64,000 nucleotides of DNA from Candidatus Yanofskybacteria bacterium RIFCSPHIGHO2_01_FULL_44_17. GTDB lineage: Bacteria > Patescibacteriota > Minisyncoccia > 2-02-FULL-40-12 > IGHO2-01-FULL-4-A. The translations under genes were made by a program, and so were the position numbers. The stretch is taken from positions 2,650-66,649 of the forward strand of contig MGJI01000006.1 in NCBI GenBank assembly GCA_001794195.1, in the 5' to 3' direction. Of this stretch, positions 56,949 to 64,000 are shown piece by piece (positions within the stretch are counted from its first letter, which is position 1; the number at the start of each line of letters is the position of its first letter). The notes below the pieces were generated by a model. The model saw nothing but the letters and a program-made list of their open reading frames with translations. It did no database searches and had not been told where the DNA came from.

Positions 56949-57072
56949 CGGCCCAGCTCCTCCCAAGTTTTCAAATAACCGATTTGCGTATATAATAGAT
57001 GAGTTAAGGGCACATGTCAACTGGTCAACTGTTTCCTTGACTTCCGGTAGTATTTTCCTCTACAGTAAAATT

Positions 57073-57591
57073 ATGCAAAAATTATCATTTAAGGTTTCAG
57101 AAAAGCTAAAATATATCAGGTTAATCGCTTTTGACTTTGATGGGGTTTTCACAAATGGATTATTTATGTTGAGTCAAGATGGCACGGAAAGCATTATTTG
57201 CAATCGAAGAGATAGCTGGGGCCTTAATGAGATGAAACGGTTGGGTATTAAAATGGTTGTAATTAACAAGGGGCTTGATCCTGCCGTGAGTAAGCGTTGT
57301 CAAAAACTGAAACTTGAGTATAAGTACGATGCGACCAAGGATAAACTTTCAATTCTAAAAGATGTGCTGGTACGAGAACAAGTAAAACCAGAATCAGTTC
57401 TTTACGTTGGCGACGACACGATTGATTTGCCGTGTTTAAAATATGCAGGTTTAGCAGTTACCGTGGCTGACGGAGCGTCTGAATGTAAAAAGGCCGCTGA
57501 TTATATCACTGAGAAAAACGGAGGCCAGGGAGCCGTGAGGGAACTTTGTGAATTGATTGTGGTGGCCAAGGGAGGTCTTAGCCGAACATAA
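57073..57591 (+). CDS. KdsC/YrbI-type HAD phosphatase (paralogue 2)
   Basis: DFDGVFTN, VGDDTID, GGQGAVRE; start 57073. Confidence 0.9.
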   Translation: MQKLSFKVSEKLKYIRLIAFDFDGVFTNGLFMLSQDGTESIICNRRDSWGLNEMKRLGIKMVVINKGLDPAVSKRCQKLKLEYKYDATKDKLSILKDVLVREQVKPESVLYVGDDTIDLPCLKYAGLAVTVADGASECKKAADYITEKNGGQGAVRELCELIVVAKGGLSRT

Positions 57592-57595
57592 AACC

Positions 57596-58147
57596 ATGAA
57601 AATTTCAAAAAAAAAACTTTTTGAAAAACTCCGTAGTCTAAGATTAATAGGATTTGATTTTGATGGTATTTTTACTGATGCAAAAGTAATTCTTAGCGAG
57701 AACGGCCTTGAGAGTGTTGTTTGCAGTCGACGGGACGGGTTGGGTATAAATGAGCTCCAGCGTCTAGGTATTAAATTAGTCGTTATATCAAAAGAGCCAA
57801 ATAAAATCGTGGCTACCCGCTGCGCTAAATTAAAAATCGAGTGCGCTCACGGGGTTGATCACAAGCTGTCATTATTTAAAAAAATCCTTGACCGAGAGAA
57901 AATTAAACCCAAATACGCGGCTTTTATGGGGGATGACTTTAATGATCTAGAATGTATGCGCTATGCCGGGGTTGCCCTAACAGTCGCTGATGCTTACCAT
58001 TTGAATAAAAAAGTATCCCACTATATTACTCAAAAAAACGGTGGTCACCACGCCATAAGAGAGGTGGCGGATATGGTTGTAGAAGCGCGAGAAGGAAAGA
58101 GGAATCAAAAAGCCGCTTTTAATGCGGCCACACCTCTCATTTTATAA
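57596..58147 (+). CDS. KdsC/YrbI-type HAD phosphatase (paralogue 3)
   Basis: DFDGIFTD, RDGLGI, MGDDFND, GGHHAIRE; start 57596. Confidence 0.9.
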   Translation: MKISKKKLFEKLRSLRLIGFDFDGIFTDAKVILSENGLESVVCSRRDGLGINELQRLGIKLVVISKEPNKIVATRCAKLKIECAHGVDHKLSLFKKILDREKIKPKYAAFMGDDFNDLECMRYAGVALTVADAYHLNKKVSHYITQKNGGHHAIREVADMVVEAREGKRNQKAAFNAATPLIL

Positions 58148-58171
58148 ACTCGGTAGGGACTTTACTAATTA

Positions 58172-59344
58172 CTACCTCCCTCTGGATAATGTTTTTTGCC
58201 ATGCAGTAGTAAGACCCGCTATCTCATCTGCCGTTGAAGCGAATCGTAGAGCGCGGAGGTGCTCTTTTTTAAAATAAGAACCGAATATCTTCTGACACGC
58301 CTTGAGATTATTGGGAGCAAAACTCTCGTGAGCAATAATAAGTTTTTGGCGTTGTAGACTTGGAAATCCCTTTTTTACTAAATCTTTGTTAATGTGCATA
58401 ACCCTGTGGAATACAGTAAGGAACTTGGCTTGGGTCCCCAGTCCTCCCTGGAAAAACACGGCGACATCAAGGTCTTCACATGATTGAGCATTTCTAGCCT
58501 CAAAACGTCCCGGAAATGTTTTCAGTATGGTTGTTTTGGTTTGTTCAGTAGTTCTCCCTGGCATAAAAGTATAAGCACATGAGACGGCATCTGGCTTTTG
58601 TTCTCGGGCCCTGTGTACTCCTATGGCCGCAGCTTCAGGAACACCATTGGGCCCACCGTTTGTCATAATGGTATGGCCCTGAAGAGCCAAAAGGCATGCT
58701 GTCTCTTGAGCAATTCTTCGCACTTCTTCAGTTGCTTGCTCGCCAGTGCCAGTAATTAGGATGTTTAGCCGCCTTGTGGTTTCGGGTCGGGCGGCGTTTT
58801 GTTTGGCTGTCACTATAAGATCGCAAACCTCACGTACGGCTCCTTCTCCCCCCCCCTTTTGAGTTACATAGCTGGCAATCTTTTTAATATCTTCGATCCC
58901 GTCAGCAACGCATACCGGAACGCCGACGATGTTCATAACGCCAAAGTCACTCATGTCGTCACCGACAAAGCAGACTTCCTGAAGGCTAATTTCCGGAGAT
59001 TCTTTTTGAAGCCACTCTGTCAAACTCATCACCTTGTCTTTAGTCTGAAGGCAGGGAATATTCATCTTTGAGCATCTTGCTTGTACATAGCCGCTTCTTT
59101 GGCCTGTTATCATCACGACCTTCAAATCAATTTCTGGCTTTCTTACCAAATCTATGCCTTGGCCGTCCCTGTGGGAAAAGCGTGCAATTTCTACAACTGA
59201 ATTATGCGGCCTACCCTCATATTGTTGCGAAGATTTAGGGTCCATAATAACGCCGGTTTCAATGTAGGCAGGCGTAAGAACCCCGTCGCAATCTAGGGCT
59301 AGCAACCTAACTCTCCTAAACTTATCCAATAGTTTTTCGTCCAT
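58172..59344 (-). CDS. KdsC-type HAD phosphatase fused to a LOG/SLOG-like Rossmann domain (paralogue 4)
   Basis: DCDGVLT...GGEGAVREVCD, then LLALQGHTIMTNGGPNGVPEAAA, RN, DVAVFFQGGLGT. Confidence 0.8.
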   Translation of the reverse strand: MDEKLLDKFRRVRLLALDCDGVLTPAYIETGVIMDPKSSQQYEGRPHNSVVEIARFSHRDGQGIDLVRKPEIDLKVVMITGQRSGYVQARCSKMNIPCLQTKDKVMSLTEWLQKESPEISLQEVCFVGDDMSDFGVMNIVGVPVCVADGIEDIKKIASYVTQKGGGEGAVREVCDLIVTAKQNAARPETTRRLNILITGTGEQATEEVRRIAQETACLLALQGHTIMTNGGPNGVPEAAAIGVHRAREQKPDAVSCAYTFMPGRTTEQTKTTILKTFPGRFEARNAQSCEDLDVAVFFQGGLGTQAKFLTVFHRVMHINKDLVKKGFPSLQRQKLIIAHESFAPNNLKACQKIFGSYFKKEHLRALRFASTADEIAGLTTAWQKTLSRGR

Positions 59345-59522
59345 ATTTTTACTTTTCCTTGAAATTTACAAAAATACCCAAGCCTATAATACATATAACA
59401 ATTATGCTTAAACAAATCAAGATCTTGGTCGGCCATTGCCAAATATGTTCCTTAGTGTATTATTCAATTTGTTAGCACACAAAGTCAAATGAAAACGTTT
59501 TGTGTCAACGCACAGAAATAAT

Positions 59523-60353
59523 ATGAATAAAAATACGCTAAAACAGTTTGACTTACAGAAACAGATATGTGTTATAACCGGTGGGGCAGGGTTTCTTGGT
59601 GTGCAGCATGCTGAAGCGTTGTTAGATGGCAATGGCAGAGTTGTTCTGATTGACGTAAACCAAGCCAGACTTCAAGAAAAAGTTGTTCAGCTCAAAAAAG
59701 GGTATCCCCGCAGAGTTTGGGGTTATCAGCTGGATATTACTGATGAGGCCGCAGTTAAAAAAGTGGTCAATAAAATTGAAAAAGAAGTCAGGCCGATTGG
59801 AGTTTTAATTAATAATGCTGCCAATAATCCGCAGGTTGGCCAGGGTCAGAAGGATTTTTCTCGACTTGAACTTTTTCCAAAAGATGTTTGGCAAAAGGAT
59901 TTTGACGTTGGCGTTACCGGAGCATTTCTTATGAGTAAATATATAGGTCCCTTAATGGCTGAAAGGGGAGTGGGTGTTATTCTCAACGTTGCTTCAGATT
60001 TGGGTGTAATCGCGCCCGACCAGAGACTTTACAAAAAGGATGGACTCAAAGCGAGCCAGCAGCCGGTAAAGCCGATTACCTATTCTGTTACCAAGCACGC
60101 TCTGATCGGTTTAACCAAATACTTGGCTACTTATTGGGCGGATATGGGCGTTAGAGTAAATTCTATTTCGCCGGGCGGGGTTTATAACAACACTCCAGAG
60201 GATTTTGTTAAAAAACTGACCACTTTGATACCTTTGGGCCGTATGGCCCAAGCGGATGAGTATAAGGCCGCAATTTTATTTTTGTGTTCCGATGCCTCAT
60301 CTTATATGACCGGGGCTAACCTTGTAATTGATGGAGGCAGAACGTGTTGGTAA
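59523..60353 (+). CDS. Short-chain dehydrogenase/reductase of nonulosonate-type clusters
   Basis: TGGAGFLG, NNAA, APDQRLY, YSVTK, VRVNSISPGG. Confidence 0.92.
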   Translation: MNKNTLKQFDLQKQICVITGGAGFLGVQHAEALLDGNGRVVLIDVNQARLQEKVVQLKKGYPRRVWGYQLDITDEAAVKKVVNKIEKEVRPIGVLINNAANNPQVGQGQKDFSRLELFPKDVWQKDFDVGVTGAFLMSKYIGPLMAERGVGVILNVASDLGVIAPDQRLYKKDGLKASQQPVKPITYSVTKHALIGLTKYLATYWADMGVRVNSISPGGVYNNTPEDFVKKLTTLIPLGRMAQADEYKAAILFLCSDASSYMTGANLVIDGGRTCW

Positions 60354-60357
60354 GAAA

Positions 60358-61206
60358 ATGAACAAAAAACATTCAACCGGTATAATGCAAGGCAGACTGA
60401 CCCCGCCAAAAGGCAGGGGAATTCAGTTTTTTCCTTTTGATGGTTGGCAGAGTGAGTTCGAAAAAGCCCAAGGCCTGGGCCTAAATGATATAGAATTTAT
60501 TTTTGATCTAGACCAATACGAGAGCAATCCTCTCTGGACAGACGGCGGTGTGTCCGAGATCCAAAGCTTGATTAATAAGAGCGGCGTATTAGTTAATAAT
60601 ATTTGTGGCGACTTCTTTATGCGTCGCCCGTTTTTTAGAGTCGAGGAAAATGTACGAAAAGAAAATGTAGAAGTTTTAAAAAAACTAATTGTTAGCGCGT
60701 CAAATATAGGTGCCAGAAATGTCGAGATACCGATTTTAGACAATTCGTCTCTGAAAACCAAAGAGGAAGAGGACATATTAGTAAGATCCTTAACGGAATG
60801 TTTAGAGACCGCTCGATCTAATAATATTATTCTGTCTGTTGAGGCTGATTTGCCACCGGTAAAACTTCTGAATCTTTTAAAAAAGTTTCCTGGCCATCAA
60901 GTCAAGGTGGTTTATGACAGTGGCAATAGTTCTGGCCTTGGCTATGATCCTTACGAGGAAGTTACTACGCTTGGCGATTTCATAATCAATGCTCACATAA
61001 AGGATAGAGTTTTAGGCGGTGGCACGGTTTCACTGGGCACGGGTTCCGCTGATTTTGATAAATTGTTTACTGGGTTAAAAAAAATAAATTATCAAGGAGC
61101 TTTTACTCTTCAGGCGGCTAGGGGTTCCGATGGTAATGAATCAGAAACCACAAACACATACCTAAACTTTTTGGCGCCATATCTGGCCGGGTTAAGATCC
61201 TACTGA
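60358..61206 (+). CDS. Sugar-phosphate isomerase/epimerase (xylose-isomerase-like TIM barrel)
   Basis: GIMQGRL, YDSGNS, HIKDR, LGTG.ADF. Confidence 0.88.
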   Translation: MNKKHSTGIMQGRLTPPKGRGIQFFPFDGWQSEFEKAQGLGLNDIEFIFDLDQYESNPLWTDGGVSEIQSLINKSGVLVNNICGDFFMRRPFFRVEENVRKENVEVLKKLIVSASNIGARNVEIPILDNSSLKTKEEEDILVRSLTECLETARSNNIILSVEADLPPVKLLNLLKKFPGHQVKVVYDSGNSSGLGYDPYEEVTTLGDFIINAHIKDRVLGGGTVSLGTGSADFDKLFTGLKKINYQGAFTLQAARGSDGNESETTNTYLNFLAPYLAGLRSY

Positions 61207-61237
61207 TTTGTCAGATATTACCAGAAATGATACTTTT

Positions 61238-61262
61238 AAAAGGCACGCAGGTGCCTTTTTTG
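61238..61262 (+). terminator. Intrinsic terminator
   Basis: aaaaggcac-gcag-gtgccttttttt. Confidence 0.7.
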
Positions 61263-61307
61263 CATACATTTTTGTAATATATTCGTCATACACTAATAGC
61301 CAATTTC

Positions 61308-62108
61308 ATGGTAATTTTAAAAACTGCGTTTAGAAACTGGAATAACTTTCTTTTAAAAAGTAATTTTGTTCGTAGGCTAATATTTGCCCAGCATAAGTTA
61401 TTGCCAATGCCGCTTGGGGTTTTTGATGTTATTTTCCGTTCAGGTTTGCTACGCCGACTTTTTAATTTTTACGGATCGCATGTTGCAAATTTCTCCTACC
61501 TAAGAAGGGGTGGTGACCAGTTAAAATTCTGGTTAAGCAAGGAATCCCTGTATTGGCATTTCTGGCGACAGACGGATACAAACGACGAGATTTTTAAAGA
61601 GATTTTTTCTATAGAACCGATTAAAAACATTTTTAGTAACGGGGGGGGGCTTACGGCCGTGGAACTCGGTTTTGGTATCGGCAAGAATTACGACAAGTTT
61701 TTAAGGCAAAAAAAGTTTACAAAATATATTGCCGTTGAACCCAATCAGTATCTTTGCCACTATGTTGCCAAAAAATTCAGGTCTGATAAAAATTTAGAAG
61801 TTGTTAATCTTTCAGTGGGTGACTTTCTAAGACAAAATAATCGCTTTGACGTTTTGTTTTGTTCCGGTGGAGTTTTTATGTATCTAGACCAGGGAGTAGT
61901 TGATGAACTTTTCAAGCGTATTGGCAGGGCCGGAGTTAGGGCAGTTATAATTTTTAATGAGGGAACGCCCCGCAACGATATTATTAGAGATGACGGGACA
62001 GCCATGTTTAATTTTAAGAACCGTTTGATAGCTGCAGGTTGTGGGAATAAACTGTTTATCGAAAAAGAAAAAGAAGGAGGTATATATAGCTATTTTATTA
62101 TGTGTTAG
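61308..62108 (+). CDS. Class I SAM-dependent methyltransferase
   Basis: VELGFGIG, VEPN, FDVLFCSGGVFMYL. Confidence 0.8.
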   Translation: MVILKTAFRNWNNFLLKSNFVRRLIFAQHKLLPMPLGVFDVIFRSGLLRRLFNFYGSHVANFSYLRRGGDQLKFWLSKESLYWHFWRQTDTNDEIFKEIFSIEPIKNIFSNGGGLTAVELGFGIGKNYDKFLRQKKFTKYIAVEPNQYLCHYVAKKFRSDKNLEVVNLSVGDFLRQNNRFDVLFCSGGVFMYLDQGVVDELFKRIGRAGVRAVIIFNEGTPRNDIIRDDGTAMFNFKNRLIAAGCGNKLFIEKEKEGGIYSYFIMC

Positions 62109-62117
62109 CAGCAAACC

Positions 62118-63299
62118 ATGAGCCATATTTTCCAACCACAAGTTAATAATAAAAAAGACAACATTTTTCGGGTTAAATTGCCCTTCCATTTGCTTGGTGA
62201 TAATACAAGTGAGAATAAAAACACGATTATTTTTTGGGGCGCGGATTTTAAATTTTTGCCGCCGGGGATTCCGGAGGATAAGTTTATTGAACTATCTAAT
62301 AGTTGTCTTGATTTTATTCGTAAGAACTGTCCGGGCTATGAGTTGATATATAAGCTTCATCCGGCAGAAACCGACGAGTATACAAAATTAAATCTGGATG
62401 GGTTTAGCGTAGTTGGCACTGACAATATCGGCGAATTTTATCTTCTCAAAAATATTAATCGGATAAAGTATACCTTTTCGGCGATATCCGGCGCCTGTGT
62501 GTCGGCCCATAAGATGGGCATTCCTTCTTATGTCTTTGTGTCATTATTTGAGCCGCTTTTCAGGCCGGAAACCCTAAAGGGATACAGGGAGTATTTTTCT
62601 CAGTTGCCGAGCGAGTCATTTATTTCCAATTTTGCCGACGGATTTCGAGATTACAAAACAGCCGTAGACATAGACGAGACTTTAAAAAATAATTTTGTGA
62701 GATTATTGAAGGAAAGTCCTGGCAAAGTTTTTTTTATTGCCGATACGCCCGGGTCGTTGGCGGAATTGATTTCCCTGACCAAACTTATAAAAAGTATTTC
62801 TCCCCAACGTCCAGTTGGTCTTTTGGTTTGTCGTCATCATCGCTGGGACGTTATGAATTTTGATGATCTTAAGGCGCATTTCGATTCTATTGATATTTTT
62901 TCAAGAACTTTTTATTCATTAAGGCCCAACAAATTAATAAAAGCCCTGAAAATCGCGCGAGATATCAAAAAGTTTCCGATTAAAAACGGAGATATTTTAA
63001 TCGGCACCACCCACACTTCTTTTGTAGAGGTTTGTTTTATGTCTTATCATAAACATGCCAAGATGTTATGTGTTTTGAGCGAGGTTTCTTTTGATACTGT
63101 ATACGGCCAGCGCGGCAAAAAAATGCTTGCCGAAATACACTATGAAACGCCCCCGTCCAGCCATTTTTATAATTTAATATTTGAACCGCTGCTAGGACTT
63201 TATCGGACAAAATACATGAACGATCCGGGCAAGGTTATGAACTTCCGCTGTTACCAGGAGCCGGTAAATGATATTTATGATCAAATCTATCTCATATAA
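62118..63299 (+). CDS. Sialyltransferase-like GT-B protein, apparently domain-permuted
   Basis: YKLHP and FSAISGA motifs in the first half; KVFFIADTPGSL (N-terminal-type motif) at mid-protein. Confidence 0.55.
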   Translation: MSHIFQPQVNNKKDNIFRVKLPFHLLGDNTSENKNTIIFWGADFKFLPPGIPEDKFIELSNSCLDFIRKNCPGYELIYKLHPAETDEYTKLNLDGFSVVGTDNIGEFYLLKNINRIKYTFSAISGACVSAHKMGIPSYVFVSLFEPLFRPETLKGYREYFSQLPSESFISNFADGFRDYKTAVDIDETLKNNFVRLLKESPGKVFFIADTPGSLAELISLTKLIKSISPQRPVGLLVCRHHRWDVMNFDDLKAHFDSIDIFSRTFYSLRPNKLIKALKIARDIKKFPIKNGDILIGTTHTSFVEVCFMSYHKHAKMLCVLSEVSFDTVYGQRGKKMLAEIHYETPPSSHFYNLIFEPLLGLYRTKYMNDPGKVMNFRCYQEPVNDIYDQIYLI

Positions 63300-63301
63300 G
63301 A

Positions 63302-64000
63302 ATGTTTAATGGTATAAAAAAAATAATACGGGCCTACGGTATTTTTAAGCAGGCCTATTCAAAACATAAAAACAAGGTCATTTTGATGACTCTGCTTGGT
63401 TTTGGCAGCGGTTTGATGGGCGGTATCGGTATCGGTGCGATAATCCCTCTTTTTTCCTTTGTAATTAAGGATCGCCCCGAAAATCTGGACCCGATTTCCA
63501 AGATGATCGGCGGCCTTTTTTCTTTGGTCGGGATACAATACCGCCTTCGCTATCTGATAATTTTTATCGGCCTGCTTTTTTTGGTTAAGGCTGTTTTTTC
63601 TTTTTGGGCCAACTACCTCAATTACCGCGCTTCAATTGATTATGAAAGAGAAACGCGCCAGGAAATTTTTGAACACGCAATGAGAGCCGATTGGCCACAC
63701 CTTTTGAAACAAAAAGTCGGCCACCTCTCAATGGTAGTCATGGATAATATTAGTTCAGCGTCCTCTTTGTTGACCAATATCAGCATGATGATTCTCTTCC
63801 TAACAAGCTTGATAATGTACGCAGTTATTGCCCTGAATATTTCACCTAAAATAACCTTGCTTACTTTCGCAATCGGTTTTTTGCTTTTCATTTTCCTGCG
63901 GCCGCTTTTTAAAAGAATACGGCAGGTTTCATATGAGAGTGTTGGTGTATCTAAAGATGCCACGCATTATCTCAACCAGCATATTATTGGAGCCAAAACG
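63302..64000 (+). CDS. ABC transporter permease/ATPase (MsbA/PglK-like flippase), 3' truncated by window
   Basis: Open frame MFNGIKK...GGIGIGAIIPL...ADWPHLLKQKVGHL...ALNISPKITL...GAKT running to the end of the window. Confidence 0.85.
   Translation, partial: MFNGIKKIIRAYGIFKQAYSKHKNKVILMTLLGFGSGLMGGIGIGAIIPLFSFVIKDRPENLDPISKMIGGLFSLVGIQYRLRYLIIFIGLLFLVKAVFSFWANYLNYRASIDYERETRQEIFEHAMRADWPHLLKQKVGHLSMVVMDNISSASSLLTNISMMILFLTSLIMYAVIALNISPKITLLTFAIGFLLFIFLRPLFKRIRQVSYESVGVSKDATHYLNQHIIGAKT

Noticed and set aside
56836-57072. N-terminal extensions in the ORF track (also at 9159, 13003, 23255, 25990, 26411, 34142, 38240, 39210, 57020, 57557)
   Set aside because: They overlap neighbouring genes or promoters; downstream ATGs fit the family N-termini and expression signals better.
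19-63963. Many short or antisense ORFs in the six-frame track (e.g. 19-354, 802-1119, 16083-16619, 37870-38322, 63640-63963)
   Set aside because: They are shadows of well-supported genes on the other strand or frame and have no recognisable motifs.
1-64000. Alternative genetic code (TGA read-through), tRNA or rRNA genes
   Set aside because: Genes are full length under the standard code and TGA acts as a stop in ATGA overlaps; no tRNA/rRNA signatures were seen by eye.

Overview
A 64-kb bacterial segment, probably Patescibacteria/CPR (inferred from gene style and repeat types, not verified). It is dominated by a large cell-surface glycosylation locus: 7 GT4 enzymes, 3 clear GT2 enzymes plus a divergent GT2-like protein, about 6 GT-C-type membrane glycosyltransferases, GtrA, nonulosonate genes (neuB, neuA, four KdsC-like phosphatases, gmhA, candidate ulosonate transferases), a deoxy/branched-sugar module and the start of an ABC flippase-like gene. 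On top of this is a dense layer of small structured DNA. (i) A REP-associated HUH tyrosine transposase (RAYT-like) lies between two perfect palindromes, next to a stranded copy of its neighbour's 3' end. (ii) Three 42-nt palindromic elements and one 51-nt relative are inserted in frame inside enzymes, with fixed TTCA/CAAG borders. (iii) Three copies of a 160-230-nt covarying structured intergenic element are present. (iv) Unrelated 7-nt tandem repeats occupy the same helices in four GT4 paralogues. (v) An isolated GC-rich gene has the hallmarks of a diversity-generating retroelement (DGR) target, with no RT or template repeat in the window. No rRNA, tRNA or CRISPR array was seen. All calls come from reading motifs by eye; no database searches were run.
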